Shown piece after piece: positions 1 through 12,210 of a DNA stretch of 64,000 nt. This DNA is from Camelus ferus (lineage: Eukaryota): assembly GCF_009834535.1 (NCBI RefSeq), contig NC_045698.1, forward strand, positions 14,262,001 to 14,326,000, read 5' to 3'. The notes under the pieces were generated by a model that made no database searches, was not told where the DNA came from, and worked only from the letters and a program-made list of their open reading frames with translations. The stretch's first letter is position 1, and every line of letters begins with the position of its first letter. The position numbers and the translations under genes are program-made.

Positions 1-132
1 ATCACTTAATCTATCTGAGATTACGGACATTCTAAGTGAAGCTTGGTTAATAAAGTGCTAGTTAATTGAACTGAACGGATTACTGTCTGTTTAGATTAAG
101 AAACAGAACGTGATCATCAAGCCATAAAGGTT

Positions 133-159
133 TGTGTGTGTTTGTGTGTGTGTGTGTGT
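133..159. repeat. (TG)n microsatellite
   Basis: Interrupted tgtg run seen directly. Confidence 0.9.
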
Positions 160-929
160 CCCCGCATGTGTGAGTGTTCTTGTCTTGGGATAGCTGTATG
201 AAAGAATGCTTTACTTGGTGTCAGCATCATGGATATAATCTAATAATACAGTCATCTTGCATTTTTGCTTAAAGATCAGTTTCACCACATTACAGTCACT
301 TTATACTTGCAGCTGAAACTGTAGATTTATATCTTGGTTCTTAATATATTTCTCCCACACTTCAAAGGCAGGACATAAATCACCGGTAGGATGGCAAAGT
401 AAAAACAGAGTCCCTTAATTGGAATATTGGCTACAGGAAACTTTTCATATCTATTCTTCTTTTATTATGATTATTTTTAGAATAATTTTGGGTTGACAAG
501 AAGCAAAAGTGTTAGTTATCAGTAAATGAGATATATTTCATTTGTTATAAATGTGTAAGATCTGAAAAGCAGTCATCAACATGAAAATTTAGGGAAAGCT
601 AACAAAAACATTAGATAATAAGAACCATATTGATGAATAAAATCCCCAGATGATTAAACCAATAATTTTGTGTCAACATTTGCTTTTATGACATCAAGAA
701 GCTTTCCAGTTGTTTCTAGTGTCAGGCTCACATTAAATGTAAAATGATTACTATAAACAGAAAACTTTGAAAAAGTAAGCAGCTAGAATGCATAAGATCT
801 TTCAAAGATGAACTTTTTTTAAATTAAGAAAATGAATTTTTATACCTAAAATGAAAATGTCCAAATGATAATGTTAGATATGTGTCTATATGTGTTCGAG
901 AGTTTACATTTCAATAATTTTAAATGCTT

Positions 930-2020
930 TTCAAGACAGTCTCTTCCTTGAAATACATCTTCCCTGGCTTTCAAGACTCTCCAGTAACTGTTTCTCGTGG
1001 CTCTTCACTGTACCATGTCTCTCACTGACTCCGTGCCAGTTGAACATTTCAATCCAAAATCTTACAAAACTCAGCTCTTCCTATCTCCTGCCTGCCCTCC
1101 TTCCCTCGTTAAAATGTGTTCTGCTCAGTTCTTTCCCTCCTCAGGAGAAAACAACTCCAGCCTTCTAGGTGCTCAGCATACAGCAGACAAAACGTAGCCT
1201 TTACCTTCACTGCCCCCCACCAGCCCTCTATCTCACACGACATCGAGTCTTGTCAGCTTGAATTTCCCAATAAATACAGAATCCAACCTCTTCTCTCAAG
1301 CTCAACTGCTTGCACTCTGGTGCAAGTCACCATCTTCCTGCCTCTGAATTACTGAAATATCTCTGCAACGGGCCTCTCCCCCGTTTCTGTTCTGCCTCCC
1401 CTGGAGTCTAGTTCCAACACAGTGGCCAGAATTTCTTGTTCAGATACAGCTGATTAGTAACCTTAATTCCATCTTCATTCTTAATCCCCATTTGCCATGT
1501 AATATAACAAAGGCATCAGATCATGTCATTTCTCTGCTCAAAAATATCTAACACCACCCCAAGTCTCCTACGAAAAACCCAAAGCTCTTGCACTAATCTA
1601 TAGCATCTACACATGACCTGGTTCCCATCATCTCTTAACAGTCTCTCCTCCTCGGCTGCACTTCTGTCACATCACTCTAGTTATATGCTGGCCTCCTTGC
1701 TATTCTTCTAACAGGCCAGGCAGGCTCCTGCCCCAGGGCATTTGCTCTTGCTTTTCACCCTCCCTAGGATATGGTTTTTCAGTATCAACATTGTTCATAT
1801 CCATACTTCTTTCAAGGCTTTATTCAAAGTCACCTTCTCGGTGAGGGCTTACTAGCCATTAGAGCTAAAATATCAAACCACCACCCATCTCTTCAAAACT
1901 TTCTTCCCCATCCCACTTTCCTCTCCCCCACTTAACAATGATCAAGTTCTACAACTAATATAAAATATTATCTCCCTTGTTCCCGTCTCTCTCCTCAAAT
2001 AGCATGCAATCTCCACAAAT
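930..2020 (+). mobile_element. LINE-2 (L2a-like) 3' fragment, interrupted at ~1447-1509
   Basis: L2-type motifs: 'ctcttccttgaaatacatcttccctggc', 'caagtcaccatcttcctgcctctgaattactg', 'tcagatcatgtcatttctctgctcaaaa', 'cctgccccagggcatttgctcttgct', 'caaagtcaccttctcggtgagg'. Confidence 0.8.
1447..1509 (-). mobile_element. MLT1 (ERVL-MaLR, MLT1D-like) LTR internal fragment
   Basis: 'cagctgattagtaaccttaattccatct...tttgccatgtaatataaca' is the reverse complement of the MLT1 motif 'tgttacatggcaaa...gatggaattaaggttgctaatcagctg'. Confidence 0.7.
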
Positions 2021-2589
2021 GAATTTAATATTTAATGCAGTAAAATAGAATCTAAATATTTAATTTGGCTTTATTTTTGTTTTTAAAATATGACAGATCT
2101 CCAAAAAGTAGAATTCCAATCATCAGAACTGAAAATCCTACCAAACAGTCTTTTGGAACCGGTTTACTTTTCACACAAGGCTTTCTCAATTATGGCTAAG
2201 TTAAATTGTATCAATTGGCCAATAAATGGGTTCTGAAAAAAAGCAGAAAAATTGCATACAACCAAAATAGTTCTTTGTTTATTCTTTTAGGCTCAATTAA
2301 ATTATATCACACATTGCAGCTCGAAAGTACTAATTACATGTGTTTAAAATGTAGATAATATAAACAGTACAGAAAAATTCAGGGGATACACATTTTTGTC
2401 TCAATACATTATCCAAGTAATTGATTTTCTTGAAATACTTTTTAAAATCAGAGTGTACATAAAATTTTGTATCGAGTTTAATATATTACATGCAATTTCA
2501 AAAAAAATTATTATTTAGTTTGATTCAAATTCTTATACTAATTTTATCTTCTTGAGAAGTTTCTTCATTTTGGGATACTTTATGTCCTA

Positions 2590-2830
2590 CTGGTTTATTC
2601 CCAGAAGTTGTATGTAAGAGAATTTGCCTTCTCCAGTTTCTGGCAATGGGTTGCAAATTGTTTTTCAAAACTGCTGTATTAATTTTCACTTCCACCAGGA
2701 ATAACTATAAATAAGGGTTTTATCACACCTTTGCCAGCACTGTTTTCAAAACTTATTTGTAATATGATGATTCAATAGGTTCAAATGGCATCCTGTCTTC
2801 TTTTAAATCCCATTGATAAATGTGAGTTTA
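2590..2830 (-). mobile_element. Old L1 (L1M/L1ME-like) 3' ORF2 fragment
   Basis: 'caaattgtttttcaaaactgctgtattaattttcacttccaccag...cacacctttgccagcactg' resembles the antisense L1 ORF2 C-terminal region. Confidence 0.6.
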
Positions 2831-4948
2831 ACCTAGATAGATATTTTTATTTTAAATATTTTTGGCATCAGGTAGACTGAAAATAATTGGATCAAGTAAA
2901 ATTGCCAGTCACGTGGGACTGTACACAGTTACATATAAGTCATATATTGACCATAAAGGCCTAAATATAATGACAATAAATATCTATTTGAAGGTCCTTA
3001 TGATCACCTGTACATAAAATGAAATGGAAATGATAGTTGAATTCCTCTTTTCTGTGGAGGCATCTGCAAAACCTAAATTCACTTAACTGGCAATTCATCT
3101 TTCATATTCTATGCAGTGTGAGTAAAATATTGAATAAGACAGTCCTGGGGAGCTCAGATAAGTAAAATACTTGAAAAAGCAAATATTTCAGTTAAATTCT
3201 TTCAGGGATCAAATTTTGCTCATTTTTCCTCAGATTTCCAAGAAGTTTCCCAAAGTGATGCAGCCCAGCAGTGTAGAAGTTTACATACCAGCACATTTTT
3301 TTTATAGTTACAGAAGCAACATCTGGGCATATCAGGATACACAATACCAAATGCTCCTCTTACACCTGCTCCCACATTTCCATGATGTCCACTTATTTTC
3401 CTGGAAATCGCTTCTTGGAACATGTACTACACTTAAAAGTCAAAACACTATCAACAATAACAGAGATACTAAATTAATTTATGTTGGCCTTCTATTTACT
3501 CTTCCCTTAAAAATGTTTAATAGGGTATTATTTAAATGAACAGTACTACATCTTTGTAATAATATGCAGTAGTTACAATATATAACACTCAGTATGGCAG
3601 GGACATCAACCAATCTGGAATTACCCTAGCTGAATGAGAAGAGAAATCTGCAAACACATGTATCCCTAACATTGAATTAGATTTAAATATCATTTCTGTG
3701 TGTAATGGTGTTCTTGTTAAACTCATGAATCCTCTACATAATCATGTGGAAGAGAACAGGCTATGAAGTTAGTTGGGTATTACAGCAACTTGTGTTTATT
3801 TTACCTAGATATTTATATTTGAACATATTCTATATAATTGCATGCATATCTATATATCTTTAACATTAATCTATATTAATTTCATATTTATATGTAGACA
3901 TATTAATCTACTCATTTAAAACATCACTTAAAAATATATACTCAACTGATACTAATGGTAATTGTTGAAGACTGAATTTCAAGGTGCATTCTTATGTTTT
4001 ACAGTTCTGTATATTTAAACAAATTTTATATGTGGACAATATGGGGAAAGATGGAAAGAAGAGAAAAAATTGAGGTTTATCCATAATATAAATCATTTAT
4101 TTCAAAATGAAGATGTTCTAGTTCATCCATGAAAAAACATTTTAAGAACTAATACTGCCATTTCTCAAGTCAATTTTTAACTACTCCAGAATAGCTGGAA
4201 GATTTAGCATGCTGAGTCAATTCTCAACAAATAAATCAGCAAAGACATTGAACCTACGATAATTTACTAACATTGATGTAGATCTTTATAAACTACAACC
4301 TATTGAAACAACTTGTATTGTTTGGTTCTTATGACCGTTCTTATCCCCTTTTGAAGAGGAGGAATAATGGCCTATACACAAGTGACATGTGACACAAGTA
4401 ATTTGTGGCAGGATCCAAGTTCTGCCACGTCTTCATTATGCTTGGTATTTTTTTTCCATTGTGTTATATATCACCATCGGTTAAGAACTACACTTTTCAA
4501 ATCAAAATGTTTTCATTTTACTTCTGGACCTTTGAATATTATAAAATACTCCTAGCACACAGAATTACTAGAGTGAACTAGAGTGAACACCCCCCACCCT
4601 GCACCCAAAATATATTCATACTCAAATAACGTATTAAAATCAATTGTAAAGAACATCCGTGTCTTTCATTTATTATTTATATTAAAAGTTCATCAGAAAG
4701 AAACAAATTCAAGTGAAATTTGTCTTCAGACTCAATATCTGTATTTTCCTTTTCCTCAGTTTTTATTTCCTCCTGTTCCCACAAAAGTGAGCATGTGATA
4801 ACACAGCCTGCATGCTCAGTTCACAGAAAAAGTAATCCTGGTAAGCTCTTCCACAGTTTTCTGTTAGGGATGCAGTGAAACACAAGTTGAAATCCATTCC
4901 CAGCAAGAAAAGAGGGATCATCGTAGATCACCCAAAACTGTACATGGA

Positions 4949-5167
4949 CAGTTTCAATGGAAGAGAAGTGTAAATTTTGCCTCCCAGAGAAAAGTTAACA
5001 ACCTCTTGAGATATTTTTGGTTGTCACAATTTGGGGGGTGCTGCTACTAGCATCTAGTGGATAGAAAAGAGGGATGTTGCTAGGATCCCACAATGCACAG
5101 GAAAGCCCTCCCACCATCAGAATTATACAGCCCCAAAGCTCAATAGCTCCAAGGTTGAAGAGCACTA
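4949..5167 (+). mobile_element. MER20 (hAT-Charlie non-autonomous DNA transposon)
   Basis: 'ttttgcctcccag...gagatatttttggttgtcacaatttggggggtgctgctactagcatctagtggatag...cacaatgcacagga...caatagctccaaggttga' follows the MER20 consensus over ~220 bp. Confidence 0.88.
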
Positions 5168-6487
5168 ATCCAGAATATAGCCCTATAGACGTGTATAATG
5201 CAGCTACAAGGAAGGCATGTACTTAGGCAAATTAAGGAGTCTGAAGCCCTCTACTTAATAATAATTAAAAAAACCCAAAAAGACATCTTACACAGGATCT
5301 TAAATCTCTCAGTCTTTTTCTCTCACTTTCCACCCCACTAAACTGCATCAGATACATGCATTCGAAATAAGTAAATTTTTTCCAAGTCAGTAAGTTCAAT
5401 ATGCTTTATCCAAGATCTACTGTAGGGTCCATGCATGTTTAGATGATAAAGGACAATTATATTAGGTACCATCTATATAAATATCTTATATACTTCAGTC
5501 TTCTGATCATCAACAAGTCAAATACACGACAGGGACACACAAACTTGTGAACACGTGGTTTGTATTTCATGGACCACACAAATCAACGAAACGCATAATG
5601 ATGACACTTATAAAAGCCAAATGAAAAGAGTATTTTATATTTACTATATATAGCACCCTTCATCTAAAGAATTTATAAACTTGGACCAAGTGACTCATTC
5701 ATTCTCATGATTCCACTATATCCATCCAAAATAGCTCAGCAGAAGGAATAATAGTTTACAATTTGCTTAGTGTATAGACTGATCAAGCACCGGCTGCTAC
5801 TGACCAGGCTTGCAATTACTCTAGCTAATTACATTCAACATTCACTGGATAGAGTTACACCTAGAGCTTCCTGTCACTTGCCTTCCTTCTACTATTATAT
5901 CCCCCTTGCTACTGGGTTATCTTTAATTGGACATTTCCACTGTATCTAAAATAACAAATCCTCATTTTCCACCTTGCACTGTTGTCTGGATAGGAAATCA
6001 AATTGGTAACATTTCATGTTTTCCCCCTTTAAGATAGCTATCTCTGTGAAAAGCATCAGCATTACAGTTTATAAAATACTTATCCACCAAGGCCCACTAC
6101 ATGAATGCCTTATTAAGTGAAGAAATGGGTTGACCCATCTCAGGTTAATTTATTATCAGGAAGTCTGGAATTTAACAAATAACAGGAGGCTTGAAAGAAA
6201 CAAATGATGATTGGCTCTTGGACCAGCATGTTAGACTATAGAACTGATTCTCTACTAGTATCACATCCTGTCTCCCTCCTCCCACATCCAAAAAGGTACA
6301 TACCAGCAAGATCTAGTCTGGACTTCTAACTCCTGATTTAGAATTAGATGTTTTCTCTGATAAGACAAGTCCACTGAAACAGAAGCAAACAATTACTGCA
6401 TAAGGAAAGTCCCCTGCTTTGAAAAATCTGTGGGTGATCCCAGAGTGGAAAATAAAGGTTCCAAAACATAGTGAGAGCCTATAGGGG

Positions 6488-6513
6488 TTTTTTTTTTTTT
6501 TTTTTTTTTTTTT
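6488..6513. repeat. poly(T) tract
   Basis: Run of ~26 T. Confidence 0.9.
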
Positions 6514-6801
6514 GGCTGCGTAACAAAATCTTTCTCTGATCTGTCTCTTTCAGCTCAAAGCAGTGATGCATCACCTGAGCAAACCAAAGACCATAATAAT
6601 TTTAGCTAAGATTTTCGTTTTAGCATTTCTTCATTTTCAGCAAAGAAACAGCAAGGCATATTTACTCATAATTAATCTGAAAGTTCATTAAATACAGCAG
6701 GCATTGATGTAAGCAAATACTTCAATAACTAGCTAATAAAATTTTATTTTTTTCACCTGTTACATATGACAGGTTTTCCTCGTTCCACATCTATAGGCAC
6801 A

Positions 6802-6832
6802 ACACACAACACCACACACACACACACACACA
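6802..6832. repeat. (CA)n microsatellite
   Basis: Interrupted CA run. Confidence 0.9.
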
Positions 6833-7406
6833 AACATGCATAAGGCATAATTTTACCTTGTTTTTAAGACATGAGAATTAAGACAAAATATTTTCAAACT
6901 CAAACAAATCAGGTTCAGGAAGTTAAGAAATGAATCAGAGTTAACAAACATAAGGGCATATACTAAAGTGTTTCGCTGATCGCAGGAGGCTGCTTAATAC
7001 CTTTTCATGCATCATTTATAGTGCCCTTTAAAAGAAGAAAAAGTTTCATAAGCTTTAATAAGCATTTATGGAAGCGTTTCATGGGGGAAAAAAAAAAGAA
7101 TGAAAGGAGAAAATGAGTCTTGCCCTGCCGCAGCTTCAGTGCCCAGGTACCACGTAATTTTAGAGGATACTGGAAAGGCAATAATTAAAAAGCACTATGG
7201 AAATTTCAATTTCAACATCCCTATTTCTATTCTGACAAGGCTTCCCCTCACTTTCCCGGAGAGACATAAATGACAGCTTATTTTCATGCCATCACTATTC
7301 AAATGTGCCTTGCAGAGTATCCTTCCAACTTCTTCAGGGGCAGGGCAGATAACAGCACAGCCACAGATAAACATAAACAGAGACCCCGCTGGATCATCAG
7401 ACTCAC

Positions 7407-7413
7407 ATTCCAT
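7407..7413 (-). CDS. Possible start of CDS (ATG GAA T, Met-Glu, phase-1 intron) or a uORF start
   Basis: ATG lies 7 nt before the donor. Context gagcctATGG has +4 G but -3 C, so only moderate Kozak. No downstream coding exon found in the window. Confidence 0.4.
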
Positions 7414-7432
7414 AGGCTCGATGGCAACCTTC
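7407..7432 (-). other. Putative exon 2 (26 nt) of an unidentified minus-strand gene
   Basis: Minus strand reads 'gttttttaaatttcttaaccAG|GAAGGTTGCCATCGAGCCTATGGAAT|GTGAGT'. It has a T-rich acceptor, a consensus GTGAGT donor and a possible CTAAT branch point near 7477-7481. Confidence 0.65.
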
Positions 7433-7634
7433 CTGGTTAAGAAATTTAAAAAACTAGCGATAAGGCTTACGAAGCATTAGCTCTAACTTTCCCATTCGCA
7501 GCAGATCCTGTGAAACCAACCCAGGGAGGAAGATTTCGCCAAATACTGTTTTGACTCAGAACCGGGTAAGCAGCCCCACTGCACAAAGATATGAATGTCA
7601 CTCCATAGTAAAGTGTCGTCTCTGGAAGCCTTAC

Positions 7635-7790
7635 CTTGGCTGACTTGCCCTAACTGGTGGAAAGGAACTTAATTTAGGAGAAGCAAAGAGGGGACTTTGC
7701 AGGGCTCACGGCACCGCGGCTCGGTCCTCGGAGAGCCCCGGACTGGGCTCCGCGCTCCTGCGAGCCCCGGGCTCCGCGGCTCGGGCTCTG
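7635..7790 (-). other. Putative first (5' UTR) exon; TSS approximate
   Basis: GC/CpG-rich sequence downstream of the CCAAT box, ending in a strong donor 'CAAG|GTAAGG' at 7635/7634. A 202-nt intron separates it from the 26-nt exon. Confidence 0.6.
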
Positions 7791-8150
7791 CAGCTCCGGA
7801 GCGCGCCTCTGATTGGCTGGCGGAGCCTGTCCGCCTGATCCTCTCCTCTCCGCGTCTCTCCTCCTTCCTCTCCTCCCCGGCTCTCCCAGCCGCTGCCTTT
7901 CCCTCTCTCTCCTTTTCTCTCCGACGTCCTACCTACTTTGGGGACCTCAAAAATTCTGCAGCCCACAGAACGGACACCCTTTAGCCCCCTGGGCAAGGTC
8001 ACGCGCAGAGCAGTGCCATTAATGAAATGATTACAGTATCAAAACCCTGGACCGGCGGCATCGTCTTTAGTCTCACGGCTCTTGAAAAATGACGGCCAGG
8101 ACTCCGTGACAGTTTAGACCCTCGGTTCTCCTCGGGGGCGGGGAAACCGG
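7700..8150. promoter_or_regulatory. CpG island promoter
   Basis: The only dense CpG/GC-rich block in the window (ccgcgg, gcgcgc, ccggcgg), with a GC box-like 'gggggcgggg' at ~8134-8143. Confidence 0.85.
7808..7820 (-). promoter_or_regulatory. CCAAT box (NF-Y site)
   Basis: + strand 'tctgattggctgg' = minus 'ccagCCAATcaga', matching the extended NF-Y consensus. Confidence 0.7.
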
Positions 8151-8520
8151 GGACCAGAAGGGGTTGGTTTGACTGTCAGATGGAGTGGGAGTAGACATCG
8201 GGAGGGAAGGAGAGAAAGAAGCAGGCAGGGGCAGGCACTGATGTGGCAGGCTGGTAATAAATTTTCCTATTTCCGTGCAAAGTCGTCACAGCCTGCTAAA
8301 CATTCAACTGCTGGCTCATTCCTCAGTGATCCATAGTCCGGTGGTAGCCGTGAGATTTAGCTTGAGTAATGCCCTCTAATGCCTCACCCCCAAGTACTCG
8401 AGACGTGGAGGGTCTATAAGAGGTAGAGCTTTCCCTTGGAGGTCAGCATTATATTTGTGAAAACGGATCGGAACTGCAACGCCTTTCCTAGCTTCTTTGC
8501 TTGTACCAGGAAAACTCTTA

Positions 8521-8546
8521 ACACACACACACACACACACACACAC
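8521..8546. repeat. (CA)n microsatellite
   Basis: Pure AC run. Confidence 0.95.
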
Positions 8547-8940
8547 TCACTCCACAACTTCTAATCTCTTATTACTCCAGAATAAATTTAAATGATTTGT
8601 AATGTACATAGCTTTTGATAACAAGGATTTCAGGCTTGATTGGCTGTGTTCACAATTGATGTGATGTGATGTGATTTGAGCCCTTTCTCCCAACACAAAG
8701 TCACCCACCCTCACTCATTAGGAACATCAAGCATCCCCATTTAAAGCAGTGTAGTAAACAAGTGTAGGAGTTTATCTAAATTGAATGGCTATTCCAAGGG
8801 TAACTTGGCAGATATATTAAGAATTATACAAGACCCTCTGTCATTGCAGCCACTAAGAGAGCAGCATTACTTCCTCTGGTTAGCTGATACTATAAATACT
8901 CAGGTTCAGAGATTCAAAGGAACAAGAATGCTTAAGCTCA

Positions 8941-9178
8941 AGAGAGGTAGTGTCATAGAGGGAGCCAGCCCTCTAAAGGCCCGAAGACATTGATTCAAAT
9001 TCTGTCTCAGATTTTCCTCTATACCAGGACCTATCTAAGCTGTTTGATTTCTCAGAGTCTCAGGAAACATCTAAGATCTAGACAGTAATCTTCACTTTAG
9101 AGGGTCTCTGCAAAGATTAAGTGAACATCCGTGCCATTGTGACTCAGTCATAGTGAATGTCTAATGAAGGTTAGTTAA
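8941..9178 (+). mobile_element. MIR SINE (diverged, near full length)
   Basis: Degenerate B box 'gattcaaattctgtctc', core 'tttgatttctcagagtctcag', 3' part 'aagattaagtgaa...catagtgaatgtctaatgaaggttag'. Confidence 0.65.
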
Positions 9179-11451
9179 CGCCTTATCATGACCCTCTTTT
9201 CTCCTGCCTCAAGAAAAGTCAAAGAAATGGAGAAGATAAGGTAAATGGTATTTCAAGGGAATTTAATGGACCTAAGAAGAAATGTTCTGAATCAACCAGA
9301 GCTATTTTGACAACCTTTATTTAGCTGGAGTGATGTGACATGTGGAAGGATTTAATTTAGTTTGGGGTTTGGGTATGATGAAACAAACCAACAGAAACAA
9401 TGAAAGTAGCACTCAGCTTGGATTATTTTTTAATTGTGAAGGAATCACACATTTAAGTGCATAGCTACTCCTAAGGAAGATATTAGGAGTCAATTAGAAT
9501 TGGGAAATCTCCAAAATCTAAACTCTCAGGGAAAAGTGGGAGGGAAACAATAGCATCAGAATAATGAGCCCGTGTTGTATTATGTTCTGTATATTCAGCT
9601 CTCACGCAGTTTCTGATTTAAATGAGATTTCCCTTGCATAGTAACCAGACATAAAATCTTATTCATTTGTGGTTACTGAAAAGAATCCATTTCAAATCTT
9701 CCTGTGTTGATGAAACCCTGGGAGCACAAAGAAAAGAATAATTATGAAAAATAAGGGGGACCAAAAGTGGAACTTTGGGCATGTAAGGGGTGATGTAGTT
9801 TAACTTTAAAATTTCACATGATGACATTCTCTTGAGAAGCTGAACTCTTTTATTTGGCTGCCTCTAGTTGGATGAAATAAAATGTCTGTCAGTTTACTAC
9901 TGAAGCTTTTGCTGAGACACCAGCCCTGAGTGTCTTAGGGACACACTTGAAGACACTGTGTTTTGCCAGCCTTCCTTGGTGGTTTTCCCTGGGTAGGACC
10001 GTAATAAGCACATTGAGTGCAAGGTCATAATGGAAGTCAACAAGCCCTTTTCCTGAGTGGGGATGGCATGCAGAAGAATTTGTCAGCATCACCAAACAAT
10101 ACAATCCATTTTCAGAAAAAAAAAAAAAAAAAACAACCCATTCCTTGAGGGAGGATTTATATCTATGAGACCGTACTCAGATTAAGACTGTACTCAATTT
10201 TTTTTTCTGGAGTAAATACATTTATTGATACCCATTTTATATAGTTCAATTAAATCATCTATAAATATAAAAGCATTTTTCTTTTGACTATCACCATGGT
10301 CCCCAAAAATACTCAACAGTCAGAATCGTCTTCGGGAAGTACTCCAAGTCACACAGTTAATTTTATGTTAATTAATGGAAAAGGTATCCACCTCCAACAA
10401 AAAGAAACAATTATGAATTAATATCCTAGGTGAATATCCTAGATTAATAGTCACAGGTGACATCTGGCTTCAGAATCCCAGAGACAAAGTATGTTTACCA
10501 ATATACATCGTGGTACCATGTGCTCTCTTCAACAACCAGGGGACAGTCCACTGGTGCCTTAGGGTCATTCAAAGATGCAATATACAATGGATTTACACGG
10601 CTTCTGAAGTTTGATATTCTGGAACCACACCAACTTTCCCTTGCCCTAGAAAAGCAAGCCTGGCAGCCACTTAGTGGATCTCTTGTATTTTCAGTTAAAA
10701 AGGAGAAAGTAAGTGAGCCTATGCAGAAAGTGCTGCTTGGGCAAAGCCAGGTGGTAGGCAGGTGTTTATTTTCTCCTTATGTCAAAGATTACTTCAAAAA
10801 ACTGGACAGTGTATCAGTCAGCAGAATTTATTACAGAGCTAATCTCTGAAACTGAAAGCATGGACATTTCTGATCCTGAGTCCCCGCCTGTGTTACCTTG
10901 GGAGAGTTATAAGAACCATTTTCCCTTGTGACAGAGAAGCATCCAACACAAGATTGATGCTGGTCAGGCTACAGAAACTGGAAAGATAAATTTGTAATGC
11001 TAAACTGTTATCGTTCTCTGAGAGACAGACTCAGGAAATTTTCTCTTTAGATGTCATCTCACGCTCAATTTTACCCTAGAAATTACCCTAGGCTGCTATG
11101 CAACATTTTCCAACATCAATAAAGAAGGAATGTAAATGAAATATATAAATATCCTTTGCTGTAATTCAGCACTTAGAACAATTAACTACACAAACATGAT
11201 GCGGTGATTGAATTTTAATTGACATGGGTATTGAAATTACACACTGAAACTGACTACACTTCAATAAAAAAATTTAAAAAAGAAATTACAATAATTTAAA
11301 AGTGATTTTTATGTAAAGAAAAACAGCTGGGAAACATGTAGCAATACATACGTTCCTTCGCAGCTATTTATTCAGCTGTTTATTTTATGTGCTTGGGTGA
11401 CAAGTACTACAGATTGTGCATTTTTGTTAAGAGAATAAAAGAAAACTTACA

Positions 11452-11830
11452 GTCAAAGACAAATATCATGTGATATCACTTATACGTGAAATCTAAAAAA
11501 GTGCTACCAATGAACTTATTTACAAAACAGAAATAGACTCACAGACATAGAAAACAAACTTAAGGTTACCAAAGGGGAAAGAAGGGTGAGGGACACATTA
11601 AGAGTTTGGGATTAACAGATACAACTTACTGTATATAAAATAGATAAATAACAAGGTCCTACTGTATAGCACAGAGAACTATATTCATTATCTTGTAATA
11701 ACCTATAATGAATCTGAAAAGGAATATCTGTATCTATATCTATATATATATTTCTGAATCATTTTGTTGTATACCTGAAATTAACAAAACATTGTAAATA
11801 AACTATACTTCAAAAAAATAAACAAAAAAG
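11452..11830 (+). mobile_element. 5'-truncated L1 3' end (cetartiodactyl-type) with TSD
   Basis: ORF2 end 'gacaaatatcatgtgatatcacttatacgtgaaatctaa', L1 3'UTR and A-tail. TSD 'agaaaacttaca' at 11440-11451 and 11831-11842. Confidence 0.93.
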
Positions 11831-12128
11831 AGAAAACTTACATTGATTAAAAAATATTATGTCTAAGTGTAAGCTTAAAGATGACGTAATAAAGTTAATG
11901 TTTATCATCCTGTTACTACACTTCAGATTGAGATTTGCAGAGAACTGGGAAAATATTGACACAGGAAAATGAAGGAGAGAGAGTGAAAATAATTTGAAGT
12001 TAATTATATGTGTAATTAATTGTAAAAAGTGGTGCCTTTCTTACTCATAATAATTAGATTAATAGATACACTTTTAGTTTTCTTCAGTGCATGTAAATTA
12101 TCTCAAAAATGGACTTTTGGGGAGTCTA

Positions 12129-12210
12129 GGGGAGCATAGCTCAGTGGTAGAATGCGTGTTCAGCATGTCCGGGGTCCTGGGTTCAATCTCCAGTACTGCC
12201 ATTAAAAGTA
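12129..12210 (+). mobile_element. tRNA-Ala-derived SINE head (camelid vic-1-like), 5' part
   Basis: 'ggggagcaTAGCTCAGTGGtagaatgcgtgttcagcatgtccggggtcctgGGTTCAATCTCcagtactgcca' has Pol III A and B boxes and tRNA-Ala(AGC) similarity with disrupted stems, followed by an A-rich linker. Confidence 0.85.

Noticed and set aside
4790..4862. Next coding exon of the minus-strand gene at the acceptor at 4861
   Set aside because: The acceptor looks good, but joining gives an immediate TAA and no convincing donor follows. Not reported as an exon.
7195..7413. 72-aa ORF MECESDD...
   Set aside because: It runs through the consensus GTGAGT donor 7 nt after the ATG. The rest is probably intron and resembles no protein I know.
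7697..8022. GC-rich ORFs on both strands (95, 98 and 69 aa)
   Set aside because: Non-ATG starts and low-complexity R/G/S/P composition, as expected from stop-codon scarcity in a CpG island.
7400..8150. Assigning a gene symbol
   Set aside because: At most two codons are visible and I do not recognise the UTR; a BLAST or synteny search is needed.
10457..10849. 130-aa ORF and a possible 14-nt + strand micro-exon (10695-10708)
   Set aside because: GTG start, no recognisable domain and no partner exons; splice-like motifs occur by chance.
12129..12201. Functional tRNA-Ala gene
   Set aside because: The anticodon, T and acceptor stems contain mismatches. It is followed by an A-rich linker and a SINE tail rather than a T-run terminator, so it is a SINE head.
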